This document shows, in pieces, positions 28,076 through 37,644 of a DNA stretch of 64,000 nucleotides (its first letter is position 1; each line of letters begins with the position of its first letter). A program made the position numbers and the translations under genes. Source of the stretch: Longimicrobiales bacterium (GTDB taxonomy: Bacteria > Gemmatimonadota > Gemmatimonadetes > Longimicrobiales > Gaopeijiaceae). The notes under the pieces are model-generated. The model was not told where the DNA came from. It worked only from the letters and a program-made list of their open reading frames with translations, and searched no databases. The stretch is from assembly GCA_965202985.1 (NCBI GenBank), contig CBDBCF010000001.1:192001-256000 (forward strand), written 5' to 3'.

Positions 28076-29353
28076 TTGCTTTGGGCGGCGGGGACCACGG
28101 GCCTTCCGCCTGCGGAGGGCGGCTCCCCTTCGGGTGCGCTCGCCCCCGACTCGCCGTTGGTTCCCGACTCGGTGCTGGCGCTCCCCGGCGGCGCCGTCCT
28201 GGTCTTGGAGCGCGCACGGGGGCTGCCGGTGGCGGGCATCCGCATCTCGGCGCCGTTGGACCGGCCCGGCTCGGGCGGCGCTCGCGTCCTGCTGGATCAG
28301 GCGCTGGCGCGGGCTCGCCCCCAAGCAGAGGCCATCGGAGCGACCGTCGAAGCCGGCGTGCAGGACGGCAGGCTCTTCTACCAAGCGGTGGGCGACCTTC
28401 GAGACATCGACGAACTGGCGTGGATCGCGCGCCGCATGACCCGCCCTCCCGACCCCGATCCGGCAGGCGCGGCAGCGTGGGAGCAGGCTGGCCGGGAGCG
28501 GGCGGCCGAGACGCCGCAGGGCCGGTTGGCCTTGGCCGTCCAGCGTCGGGCCGGCTGGGACGCAGGCAAGCCGGGGGGGCGTCGGGCCGCGACGGCCGGC
28601 GAGGTGCGACGCCTGTGGTTGCGTTCCCATGCGCGGGACCGGCTCCGAATCTTCGTCTTGGGAGACGTGCCGGCGCCCTGGGTGCTGGCCGACCTGTCTC
28701 GGATTGGCGCGGCGGCGGCGGGACCGGGCGCGGATGGGTCGGGCGACGCGGGCGCGCTGCCCACCGCGGACGACTCGACCGGCAACGACGCGCTGCCCGG
28801 AGGTTCGGTCTCTCGTTCCCGACGGGGCGCGCCCGTGTACGCGTGGGAGGCGGCGGCGTTCCACCTGGGTCCGGCCCGAGACCCCGTGGTGATGGCCGCA
28901 TTGGGCGCGCTCCGGGTCGGCCTTCGCTCCGTGGCCGTCCCGGGGGTCGATCTGCGCCTGCACGGCGAGCCGGGCGGAGTTTCAGGCTGGGTCGCCGTCT
29001 CGGCCCGGGCAAGGAGCAGCCCCACGGCCGGCGGCGCCTTGGACGCCGCCCTGGCGCTATTGACGGAAGAGGGGATGGACGCGTGGTGGCTGCAGGGAGC
29101 GGCGGAAGCGCGCGCCGAGTTTCTGAAGGCGGCCTCCGTCCCCGGCGGCTGGCTGGCGTTGGCGGACCGCTACTTCGTCGCGCCCTCGCCAACGGTTGGC
29201 GCCCGCGGTGCACAGGCGGGGAACGCGCCGCCGACTACCCCGGCTTGGCCGCTGGGCGCGCTCGCTGGTCTCGAGTCCCTTCATCGGAGCGACTTGACAC
29301 CGGTTCTGGAGCAGTTTCGCGCCACCCTCTTCCGCCCGCGCATCGGCCCGTGA
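28076..29353 (+). CDS. Hypothetical protein, possibly degenerate M16/insulinase-like (no HxxEH)
   Basis: LPGGAVLVLE...LPVAGIRI...ETPQGRL...EVRRLWLRSH...IFVLGD pattern resembles the M16 fold. Start uncertain. Confidence 0.45.
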   Translation: MLWAAGTTGLPPAEGGSPSGALAPDSPLVPDSVLALPGGAVLVLERARGLPVAGIRISAPLDRPGSGGARVLLDQALARARPQAEAIGATVEAGVQDGRLFYQAVGDLRDIDELAWIARRMTRPPDPDPAGAAAWEQAGRERAAETPQGRLALAVQRRAGWDAGKPGGRRAATAGEVRRLWLRSHARDRLRIFVLGDVPAPWVLADLSRIGAAAAGPGADGSGDAGALPTADDSTGNDALPGGSVSRSRRGAPVYAWEAAAFHLGPARDPVVMAALGALRVGLRSVAVPGVDLRLHGEPGGVSGWVAVSARARSSPTAGGALDAALALLTEEGMDAWWLQGAAEARAEFLKAASVPGGWLALADRYFVAPSPTVGARGAQAGNAPPTTPAWPLGALAGLESLHRSDLTPVLEQFRATLFRPRIGP

Positions 29354-30489
29354 GACTCCGTCGCACCGTTCCGGCGGCGGGGATGCCTGCCGCTTGGGCC
29401 GGCCTGTGGTTGGTCGGGGGGATCGGGGCAACCGCCCAGGACCGCGACCGGCTGGTCGTGACGACGCGACCGTGGCTGCCCGTGGAGGCGGTCGCCCTGG
29501 CGCTTCCGACGGCGCCGACCGCCGGTCCCCCCGACCAGGACTTGGCCAACTGGACCGAAGATCGGGCTCTTCTGGCTGCCGCTCGGCAGGCCACGACCGG
29601 GCGCGCCGCAAGCGTCGAGCTGGGGCGGGACGACGTGGCGCGCTACTTGGTGGCGACCGCCCTGCCGGACGACTTGGACGATGTGCGCCGAGCCCTCGAA
29701 CGCCTGACCGGCGAGGCCCTTCCCGCCCCCTTGGTCGCCACCGCCGAGTCCGCCGCTCGAGCCGCGCTGGCCTTCCGCCGGGACTCGCCCGGTGCTCGGT
29801 TCGACATGGCGTTCCACGCGTTGCTGGACGAGACCGGAACGGCGCCGGCCGCGCGCGTTCGCGATCCGTCGTGGGTTCTCGTCCTCGGGGACCGCTCAGC
29901 CCCGCACCTCGATCCCGCTCCCCGCGCGGACACGCGGTCCTTCCTTGTCGCGCCCCGCCGACAGCCCGGCTCCGGTCCCGCCCAAGCCGTCCGCCGACAC
30001 GTGCCCGCGGAGGTGGTGACCACGTGGGTCGGGTCGGCCTATCGGTTGCCCCCCGAGACGACCCTGTCCCAAGCCCACCTGCTGCGGACCCTGCTGGAGG
30101 ACTGGCTGGCGCCGGGCCTGGACCCGTCGCTCTTCGAGTTCGCCGCCGGCATCGGCCGCGACGGACGTCTGCTCGTTCGCTTCTCGGCAAGCCCGGAAGC
30201 GGCAGCCGAATGGGAGGCCCGGCTGGACCGCACCTTCTCGGACTTGGCGGCGCCGGAGCACGGCGAGCGCGTGGCCGCCCTCCTGCGACGGGCGCGGGGC
30301 ATCTGGAGCCGACGTCTGGCCGACCCCGCCGAGCTGGCCAAGGCCGCCGCATCGGCGCTGGCTCGCGGATCGTCGCCGGAACAAGCCCTGGCCCACCTTC
30401 GAGACCTTCTTGATCCGTTGCCGCCCGGCGAGATCGCGGCGACGGCGCAGGGGGCGAAGCTGACCGCGAGGCTCGTCTACGGAACGTGA
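29350..30489 (+). CDS. Hypothetical exported protein, possibly second degenerate M16-like subunit
   Basis: GTGA overlap with the previous gene; PWLPVEAVAL, RDSPGARF, WVLVLGD, TTWVGSAY. Confidence 0.45.
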   Translation: MRLRRTVPAAGMPAAWAGLWLVGGIGATAQDRDRLVVTTRPWLPVEAVALALPTAPTAGPPDQDLANWTEDRALLAAARQATTGRAASVELGRDDVARYLVATALPDDLDDVRRALERLTGEALPAPLVATAESAARAALAFRRDSPGARFDMAFHALLDETGTAPAARVRDPSWVLVLGDRSAPHLDPAPRADTRSFLVAPRRQPGSGPAQAVRRHVPAEVVTTWVGSAYRLPPETTLSQAHLLRTLLEDWLAPGLDPSLFEFAAGIGRDGRLLVRFSASPEAAAEWEARLDRTFSDLAAPEHGERVAALLRRARGIWSRRLADPAELAKAAASALARGSSPEQALAHLRDLLDPLPPGEIAATAQGAKLTARLVYGT

Positions 30490-30629
30490 CCGCGGGCAGG
30501 GGATCGGCGGCGGCGTTTGCGGCGTGCCTTTCCGGTTGATGGCGTTCGTTGCGAGGCTTATCTTGGGCAACAGCAGAGATCACGGCCGGGCGTCCCCCAG
30601 TACCGGCCCGACCACAGGAGCAACTCACC

Positions 30630-31391
30630 ATGCACAAGAACTCCGGACTGGGCTTGGCACTCCTCTTCGTCGCGACGTTCTCGGCGTGCGGGCCGGGCCA
30701 AGCCACGATCACCGCGGACATCGGCGAAGGAGGCGAGGCCAATGTCCTCCAAGACCTGGAGGTGCGCCTCCTGCCCTACGACCGGGACCAGGTCTTCGAC
30801 TCGCTGACCGCCGCGGCCGACACGCCGGAGCCCGAGGTTCCCGCGGACTTGCTGGCCACCCGCGACGAGATCGCAGACGCGCAGCGCCAGTACCTGGAAA
30901 CGGAATCGCAGTGGAACACCCTTCGCGACACGCTGGCGAAGCTCAGCGCGGCCATGGAGGGGCTCAACCGCGCCGAGACCCGCTACCGGACGATCTTCAA
31001 CGAGTGGTCCGACTTGAACCGGAGCTACCAGAACCGGGAGGGGCAGGTCGCCCAGTACTTCGAGCGCTTCGAGTCCCTGCAGGCGGCCGCGATCGGGCGC
31101 ATGGACAGCATGAGGATCGTCAGGGCCGACTGGGCGGACCAAGCCTTCCTGGACGTCGACGCCGTGATCGCCGCCAAGATCGAGGCCAGCGGGCTGGAGC
31201 CGGCGGCCGACACCACGGACGCCAACGGGATCGCCCAGTTCGACGTGCCCCCGGGCCGCTACTGGGTGTACGCCCGCCAAGAGCTTCCCTACGACGAGCT
31301 CTACTGGAACGTGGAGATCGAGATCGCGAGGGCCGAACCCGCGACGCTGCGGCTGTCGCGCGAGAACGCCGAGCTTAGGCCGGTCTTCTGA
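30630..31391 (+). CDS. Hypothetical lipoprotein with coiled coil and C-terminal beta-sandwich-like domain
   Basis: CAGGAG RBS, lipobox FSAC, TTDANGIAQF.VPPGRYWV. Confidence 0.75.
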   Translation: MHKNSGLGLALLFVATFSACGPGQATITADIGEGGEANVLQDLEVRLLPYDRDQVFDSLTAAADTPEPEVPADLLATRDEIADAQRQYLETESQWNTLRDTLAKLSAAMEGLNRAETRYRTIFNEWSDLNRSYQNREGQVAQYFERFESLQAAAIGRMDSMRIVRADWADQAFLDVDAVIAAKIEASGLEPAADTTDANGIAQFDVPPGRYWVYARQELPYDELYWNVEIEIARAEPATLRLSRENAELRPVF

Positions 31392-31401
31392 CGCGGGTCG
31401 C

Positions 31402-33642
31402 TTGAACCCCCGTCTTCGCCTGGGCGGCGACGGCGTGGGGCACTTGGTGTTCGACGATCCGGCCCGAAGCCAGAACGTCCTTACCGAGGAGGCGCTCGAA
31501 GGCCTGGACGACGCCCTTTCCGAAGCTGCGAAGGCGGCGGACCAGGGTGTGCTTCGCGTCCTGCTGGTGCGTTCGGCCAAGCCCCGATCGTTCATTGCCG
31601 GCGCCGACGTGGGCGCCATCGCCGAGATCTCTGACCCGAGCCAAGGCGCCGAGGGCGCGAGACGAGGTCAAGCCCTTTTCGGGCGGATCGCCGACCTGCC
31701 GGTTCCGTCGGTGGCGGCGGTTCGGGGCGTCTGCCTGGGGGGCGGCACGGAGCTGGCGCTGGCTTGCACGCACCGGCTGGCCGCCGACGGCGAGGCCACC
31801 CGCATCGGCCTCCCCGAAGTGCAGCTCGGCATCTTGCCGGCGTGGGGCGGCACCACCCGCCTGCCCCGGCTGGTCGGGTTGCGCAGCGCGCTGACCATGA
31901 TCCTGTCCGGCAAGCCCGTCGGCGCGGCCAAGGCCCGGCGCATGGGATTGGTGGACCACGTCTTTCCGGACGCGCAGTTCGAGGCGCGGAGCGCGGCGTT
32001 CGCGCAGGTGTTGGCCGAGCGCCCGGGCGGGTCGCGTCGGGGGGGCGGGGGCAGGGCGGCAGGCTCGGCTGGGCCGGGAGGCGCGGGAGGCGCGGGCAGA
32101 GGCGTGGCCGCGCCGCCGCGTCGGGTCAAGCGCCGAGGTCCCGCCGCTTGGTTCTTGGACGAGACGCCGCCGGGCCGCGCCATCGTCCTCCGGACCGCGC
32201 GCAAGCAGGTCGTTCGCCGGACGGGCGGGCACTACCCGGCACCTCTGGCGGTGCTAGAGGTGCTGCGGAAGGGGCTGGGGCGCAGCGTGGAGGCGAAGCT
32301 GGAGCTGGAGGCTCGGGCGGCGGGCGCACTGGTCGCGTCGTCCGTGTGCAAGAACCTGCTCTTCCTCTTCCGGCTTCGGGAGCGGGCCGTCAAGGGACCG
32401 TGGGGGGCGGCGGGCGCCGTGGCGCAGGAGGTGGACCGGATCGCCGTGATCGGGGCCGGGGTCATGGGGGGCGGCATCGCCCAGCTGGCGGCCTACCGGG
32501 ACATTCCGGCGCGCATGAAGGACATCCGTCACGACGCGGTGGGCGCAGGCTTGGCGTTCGCGCGTTCCGTGTTCGACAAGGCCGTCGAGCGGCGCAAGCT
32601 GTCGCGGCGCGAGGCCGACGCCAAGATGGCGCTCGTGTCGGGCGGGCTGGACTACGCGGGGCTGGGACAGGTCGGCGTGGTCGTGGAGGCGGTCGTGGAG
32701 CGCATGGACATCAAGCGGCAGGTGCTGGCGGAGGCGGAGGCCGCCATGGACCCGGAAGCGGTAATGGCGACCAACACGTCGTCCCTTTCGGTGGACGCGA
32801 TGGCCGCGGGACTGCGGCGACCGGCCCAGTTCGCGGGAATGCACTTCTTCAACCCGGTCCACCGGATGCCCTTGGTGGAGGTCGTGCGCGGCAAGGAGAC
32901 AGACCCCGCCGCGGTGGAAACGATCGCCGCGCTGGCCGTGCGGCTAGGCAAGGTTCCCGTGGTGACGGCGGACGGACCCGGATTCCTGGTCAACCGCATC
33001 TTGGGCGCGTGCCTCAACGAGGCCGGACACATGCTGGACGACGGGTTCGACGCGCAGGCCGTGGACCGCGCCTGGACCCGGTTCGGGATGCCGATGGGGC
33101 CGTACCGGCTGTTCGACGAGATCGGCATCGACGTGGCCCACCACGCCGGCACCTCCCTGGCAGCCGCGCTGGGCGAGCGGATGACGCCCGCGCCCGCCTT
33201 GGCCGCCTTGGCCGAGTCCGGGCGACTGGGACGCAAGGGAGGTCTGGGCTTCTACCGCTATCGGGACGGACGGGCCAAGGGGTTCGACTCGGAGGTCTAC
33301 CGGGCCATGGGGCGGGACGGGATCGCCCGAAGGACGCCGGACGCCGAGGAGGTGCGGGAACGCTTGGTGCTGACCATGGTCAACGAAGCCGCCCGCGTCT
33401 TGGAGGAAGGCATCGTGGTGACGGCGGCGGACGTGGACCTGGGCATGGTCATGGGGACGGGGTTCCCGCCGTTCCGGGGCGGACTCCTCAAGTACGCGGA
33501 CGACCGCGGGCTGGCCGATGTGGTCCTGGCCGTGAAGGCGCTCGGGGACCGCTTCGGCGCGCGGTTCGAGCCGAGCCCGCTGCTGCTCGAGCTGGGCGCG
33601 CGCGACGGCGCCTTTCACGAGGCCTATCCGGCTCGCGCATGA
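31402..33642 (+). CDS. fadJ: Multifunctional enoyl-CoA hydratase / 3-hydroxyacyl-CoA dehydrogenase
   Basis: FIAGADV, CLGGGTELAL, GLPEVQLG, GAGVMGGGIA, TNTSSL, GMHFFNPV, GTGFPPFRGG. Confidence 0.9.
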   Translation: MNPRLRLGGDGVGHLVFDDPARSQNVLTEEALEGLDDALSEAAKAADQGVLRVLLVRSAKPRSFIAGADVGAIAEISDPSQGAEGARRGQALFGRIADLPVPSVAAVRGVCLGGGTELALACTHRLAADGEATRIGLPEVQLGILPAWGGTTRLPRLVGLRSALTMILSGKPVGAAKARRMGLVDHVFPDAQFEARSAAFAQVLAERPGGSRRGGGGRAAGSAGPGGAGGAGRGVAAPPRRVKRRGPAAWFLDETPPGRAIVLRTARKQVVRRTGGHYPAPLAVLEVLRKGLGRSVEAKLELEARAAGALVASSVCKNLLFLFRLRERAVKGPWGAAGAVAQEVDRIAVIGAGVMGGGIAQLAAYRDIPARMKDIRHDAVGAGLAFARSVFDKAVERRKLSRREADAKMALVSGGLDYAGLGQVGVVVEAVVERMDIKRQVLAEAEAAMDPEAVMATNTSSLSVDAMAAGLRRPAQFAGMHFFNPVHRMPLVEVVRGKETDPAAVETIAALAVRLGKVPVVTADGPGFLVNRILGACLNEAGHMLDDGFDAQAVDRAWTRFGMPMGPYRLFDEIGIDVAHHAGTSLAAALGERMTPAPALAALAESGRLGRKGGLGFYRYRDGRAKGFDSEVYRAMGRDGIARRTPDAEEVRERLVLTMVNEAARVLEEGIVVTAADVDLGMVMGTGFPPFRGGLLKYADDRGLADVVLAVKALGDRFGARFEPSPLLLELGARDGAFHEAYPARA

Positions 33643-34268
33643 GCGGCGACGTGGCCGGCGTGATCTTGGCCGCGGGCCGCTCGAAGCGCATGGGCGTCCC
33701 CAAGGCGTTGCTGGACGCCGCGGGCACGACGTTCGTGAACCGCTTGGCGAAGACCCTGTCCCTAGGAGGCTGCGCCCCGGTTCTGGTGGTCGTTCCGTCG
33801 AGCGGCGGGCGTGTGGCCGAAGAGGTGGCCCGGGGCCCGGGCCGCGCCGTGGTCAACCCGGGTGGCCGCGGCGGCCAGATCGGCTCGTTGCGGGTCGCCC
33901 TGACGCGCCTCCGCGACCTCGATCGTTCCCCCGGCGCCGTCGTCTTCACGCCGGTGGACAACCCGGCCGTCGCCCCCGACACGATCTGCGCGCTTGCCCA
34001 CGCATGGCGCCACGCGACCGCTGCCGTCGTCGTGCCCGTTCACAGAGGCATCCGCGGTCACCCCGTCCTTGCGGACATGTCGATCGCCGACGAATTCTTC
34101 CAGGACGGCTTGGCCGACGGCGCACGAACCGTGGTCCGGCAGGACTCGGCCCGCGTTCTGGAACTCCCCGTCCCGGACCCCGCCGTCGCCGACGACCTGG
34201 ACACCCGCGAGCGCTACCGAGCACGCTTCCCGTTCCCGCGCCCAACACCCGTAGCGGAGAGCCGATGA
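33639..34268 (+). CDS. Nucleotidyltransferase, MocA/YgfJ-like (molybdenum cofactor cytidylyltransferase)
   Basis: ILAAGRSKRMGVPKALL, PVDNP, GHPVL, DLDT; XdhC neighbours. Confidence 0.82.
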   Translation: MSGDVAGVILAAGRSKRMGVPKALLDAAGTTFVNRLAKTLSLGGCAPVLVVVPSSGGRVAEEVARGPGRAVVNPGGRGGQIGSLRVALTRLRDLDRSPGAVVFTPVDNPAVAPDTICALAHAWRHATAAVVVPVHRGIRGHPVLADMSIADEFFQDGLADGARTVVRQDSARVLELPVPDPAVADDLDTRERYRARFPFPRPTPVAESR

Positions 34269-35425
34269 ACAAAGACAAGTACCGTCGAGTCGCCCTCAAC
34301 GAGCCGCCTAGCGACGCGGCGCACCAGGCCGTCGCCACGTTGAACGAGTATTTCGACCCCGACGACTTCGTTGCGACCATCACCGACGGGCTCGTGGAAG
34401 TTTGGGTGCGACAAGTGGATATGACCACCTTGACCCACGCAACCCAGGCGGCCACAGCAGTGCACGAAGACATGGACCTCCCAGACCGGATCCTGTCGGC
34501 CGTGGCGGAGATCGGCAGCTATGGCCTCAACGGAAACAAGCGACTGTACGTTGGCTACAACAGAGAACGGAAGGTCGTCGGCCGCCGGAAGAAGGAAGCT
34601 CGCCGGGGCAAGCACTACTATGCCCAGAGCACCGACTTCGCGCGGCAGACCAACCCTCTGCCGGATCAGTTTATCGACAGCGTGTTGCGGGGCGACAGCG
34701 AGCATGTCCTCAAGGAACTGCCCGACAACTGCGTGGACTTGATCTTCACGTCGCCGCCGTACAACTTCGGACTCGGGTATTCCGGCGCTGAAGACGAGGA
34801 CGCCGTAGACTGGCAATCATACTTCGACAAGTTGTTTCGAATTCTGGACGAATGCATTCGCGTTCTCAAGTTCGGTGGCCGATTGATCGTCAATGTTCAA
34901 CCTTTGTTTTCCGACTATATTCCAAGTCATCACATGATATCCAACCATCTTATGAAGAAGCACCTGATTTGGAAGGGAGAAATACTGTGGGAAAAGAACA
35001 ACTACAATTGCAAGTACACGGCCTGGGGCAGCTGGAAAAATCCTTCCAGTCCTTACTTGAAATACACGTGGGAGTTCCTCGAGGTGTTCTGCAAGGGAGA
35101 TTTGAGGAAGAAGGGCGATTCCGCGCACGCCGACATCGACGCGCAGTCCTTCAAGGAATGGGTATTGGCGAAGTGGTCGATCGCTCCTGAACGCAGAATG
35201 CGGGAGTTCGATCACCCGGCCATGTTTCCTGAAGAGTTGGCGCGGCGTGTTCTGTTGCTGTTTAGTTTTCGCGGGGACATCGTTCTCGACCCATTCAACG
35301 GCGCAGGCACGACCTGTGTGGCAGCTCGCCGCAATAGCCGCAGGTTCATTGGCGTGGACGTATCGGAAGCGTACTGCAAAATCGCCGAATCCCGGCTGGC
35401 AAATGTACAGACGTCGATGTTTTGA
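34265..35425 (+). CDS. DNA methyltransferase, N4C/N6A beta class (SPPY, likely m4C)
   Basis: TSPPYN precedes HPAMFP and LDPFNGAGTT; visibly lower GC; about 130-aa N-terminal extension. Confidence 0.92.
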   Translation: MNKDKYRRVALNEPPSDAAHQAVATLNEYFDPDDFVATITDGLVEVWVRQVDMTTLTHATQAATAVHEDMDLPDRILSAVAEIGSYGLNGNKRLYVGYNRERKVVGRRKKEARRGKHYYAQSTDFARQTNPLPDQFIDSVLRGDSEHVLKELPDNCVDLIFTSPPYNFGLGYSGAEDEDAVDWQSYFDKLFRILDECIRVLKFGGRLIVNVQPLFSDYIPSHHMISNHLMKKHLIWKGEILWEKNNYNCKYTAWGSWKNPSSPYLKYTWEFLEVFCKGDLRKKGDSAHADIDAQSFKEWVLAKWSIAPERRMREFDHPAMFPEELARRVLLLFSFRGDIVLDPFNGAGTTCVAARRNSRRFIGVDVSEAYCKIAESRLANVQTSMF

Positions 35426-35763
35426 GTATCGTGTTGTCTCGATCTGAATTGACGTCATTGTACGACAGAGTCGTCCAGGGCGTTGACGAACAGGCTTCTG
35501 ATCAGGAGAATCGAGCCTATGGAGGCAAGTTGCGCTCCGTTAAGGGCGAGTTGGTTGAGAAGATGGCCCGCGATATCATACGTCTTGGTTGGCAAGATAT
35601 TGGAGGCAAACAGGAACGGCTGTCCTTTGGAAACAAGAAGTATAAAGTATACGTGACGGACGATCAATCCATACACAAGTCCGATTTCTTCAAGCCGCTT
35701 GAGATCGACTGCCTAGACCATGCCATCGGTGCTCTTGGAAAGATGCTTCGGCCTTTTGTCTAG
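35422..35763 (+). pseudogene. Probable type II restriction endonuclease remnant (internally deleted)
   Basis: Low GC, coupled to the MTase; 113 aa with RAYGG..R..KGELVE N-terminus and IHK.DFFKPL C-terminus but no recognisable PD-(D/E)xK core. Confidence 0.5.
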
Positions 35764-36637
35764 TTCCCCAAGGCCGCTTTCTGCTGCGGACGCGGCCGCG
35801 GCGGTGCTCGATGCGACTCGTGCGGGACGACGAGTCTACTCGGCGGTCGTTACGCGGTCTCCGGGCGGGGGCTTGGACGGTCGGCGCTGGTGGGCGGCCG
35901 CGCAGTTCGAGGACGGGGCGCAGGACGCGGGCGGCGGATCGCTGGGAAACGCATCACTGGAGCGGGCGGTGACGGCGGCGCTGCCGGACTTGTTTCCGGC
36001 GCGGGACGGGGGCGGGGCGTACAGTCGGAAGTTCGAGTACGAAGACGACGACGGGCAGGCGGCGACGGCAACGGTCTACGTCGAACTCCGCGGCCCGCCC
36101 CCGCAGCTGGTGATCGTGGGCGGCGGACACGTGGCCGTTCCCTTGGCGCGGCTGGGCGTCATGCTGGGGCTTCGCGTCGTGGTGCTGGACGACCGGCCCG
36201 AGTTTGCCGAGGCCGAGCGGTTTCCCGGCGCCGCGGTTCGCGCCATCGACTTCGGGGACCCGTTCGCCGACACGCCCTTGGCGCCGGCGGACCACGTGGT
36301 GCTGGTCACGCGGGGCCACCGCTTCGACTACGAGTGCTTGGTCCGGCTTCTGGCCATGGAGCGCCCGCCCGCCTACATCGGCATGATCGGCAGCCGGCGC
36401 AGGGTTCGGGCAACCCACGAGCAGCTTGCGCGGGAAGGCTTCGGCCCCGAGCAGATGAAGCAGGTTCGGGCGCCGGTCGGGCTCGATCTGGGCGGACAGA
36501 CGCCCGCCGAGATCGCCGTGTCGGTGGCCGCCGAGGTCGTCCTGTTCCACGGCGGCGGCTCGGGTGTGCCGCTCTGCGACCGGGAGCGGGTAGTGGAACG
36601 GTTCTTCGAGCGGACCGCCGGGAGGTCCGGCGCATGA
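35756..36637 (+). CDS. XdhC family protein (Rossmann C-terminal domain)
   Basis: VIVGGGHVA, LDDRPEFA, VTRGHRFD, YIGMIGSRRR, APVGLDLGGQTPAEIA. Start TTG 35756 or ATG 35720. Confidence 0.88.
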   Translation: MSSSPRPLSAADAAAAVLDATRAGRRVYSAVVTRSPGGGLDGRRWWAAAQFEDGAQDAGGGSLGNASLERAVTAALPDLFPARDGGGAYSRKFEYEDDDGQAATATVYVELRGPPPQLVIVGGGHVAVPLARLGVMLGLRVVVLDDRPEFAEAERFPGAAVRAIDFGDPFADTPLAPADHVVLVTRGHRFDYECLVRLLAMERPPAYIGMIGSRRRVRATHEQLAREGFGPEQMKQVRAPVGLDLGGQTPAEIAVSVAAEVVLFHGGGSGVPLCDRERVVERFFERTAGRSGA

Positions 36638-37071
36638 GCGGCGACGCGGATGTGATGGCGTTGCTGGCTGGGAGCGGCGGTCGCGGAAGGGAGAGTCGGC
36701 CGGTCGTGCTGGCCACGGTCGTGTCCACGAAGGGGTCCACGCCGCGAAAGACGGGCGCCAAGATGCTGGTGGACAAAGGCGGCGTCGTGGCCGGCACGAT
36801 CGGCGGCGGCTGCGGCGAGGCCGAGGTGATCGAGGCCGCGCTGGCCGTGCTGGGCGGTGCGCCGCCCAGGATCGTGCAGGTCGACCTGACCGAGGAGCTG
36901 ACTTCGTGGAGCCCGGCGGTCTGCGGCGGCGTGATGGACGTGTTCGTGGAGCGCGCAGACGGCGCTAGCCTTCTTCGTCCTCCCCGTCGCCCGCCGGGAC
37001 CAGCTGGGCCGAGCACAGGCGAGCAGCGTCGACGTAGCACTCCCGCGCCACGGCCGGATCCTCCCGGATGA
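36634..37071 (+). CDS. XdhC/CoxI N-terminal domain protein
   Basis: ATVVSTKGSTPRKTGAKM, GTIGGGCGE, VCGGVMDVFVE; tail overlaps the convergent gene. Confidence 0.85.
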   Translation: MSGDADVMALLAGSGGRGRESRPVVLATVVSTKGSTPRKTGAKMLVDKGGVVAGTIGGGCGEAEVIEAALAVLGGAPPRIVQVDLTEELTSWSPAVCGGVMDVFVERADGASLLRPPRRPPGPAGPSTGEQRRRSTPAPRPDPPG

Positions 37072-37186
37072 AGTCGATCAGGCGCTCGTGGTCGTTCAGG
37101 CCAGCGCCGGGGACGGACAGGATCTCGGAGTGGTACCCGCCCTGTTCGGCGTAGAGCACGCGCACGCGCACGCGGTCCTCGCTCAC
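36965..37186 (-). CDS. Small hypothetical protein (73 aa)
   Basis: GTG 37186 overlaps the VKOR stop; MSEDRVRVRVLYAEQGGYHSE...ERLIDFIREDP...YVDAARLCSA. Confidence 0.6.
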   Translation of the reverse strand: MSEDRVRVRVLYAEQGGYHSEILSVPGAGLNDHERLIDFIREDPAVARECYVDAARLCSAQLVPAGDGEDEEG

Positions 37187-37644
37187 GACGGCGCCCCGCC
37201 TCTCATGCGCCTCCACTCGGGCAACGTCAGCAGAAACACCGCGGTCATCACCGCCGCCGACGCCACGCAGTAGCGGCACCACGCTTGAATGACGACCGCC
37301 TCCAGGTACGTGAGCCACGCGCTGAAGAGCACGCCCAGCAAGGCGCCGCCGAAGATGACGAGGGCCAGGACGCGAGACCCGGCGAACCGAGGCTGCAGTC
37401 CCAGCACGGACAGCGCAAGGAGCACCAAGTATCCCGCCACGCCGATCCCCGACACGGGAACGGGACCCACCGCCGCCCAGCGTGACGACTGGACCACGCC
37501 GCAACCGCCGCTTTCGCCGCACTGGAGCGGTCCCCCGGCCCATCCCAGGTTGTGCGCCATGAGGTAGAACGCCAAGAACATGCCGACCAGCGACAGCGCG
37601 GCCACGCCCATGCGGCTCTTGGCCGGAGCCGGCTCGTCGTTCAA
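37183..37644 (-). CDS. Vitamin K epoxide reductase (VKOR) family protein
   Basis: LQCGESGGCGVVQSSRWA, LTYLEAVVIQAWCRYC; several TM helices. Confidence 0.9.
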   Translation of the reverse strand: MNDEPAPAKSRMGVAALSLVGMFLAFYLMAHNLGWAGGPLQCGESGGCGVVQSSRWAAVGPVPVSGIGVAGYLVLLALSVLGLQPRFAGSRVLALVIFGGALLGVLFSAWLTYLEAVVIQAWCRYCVASAAVMTAVFLLTLPEWRRMRGGAPS

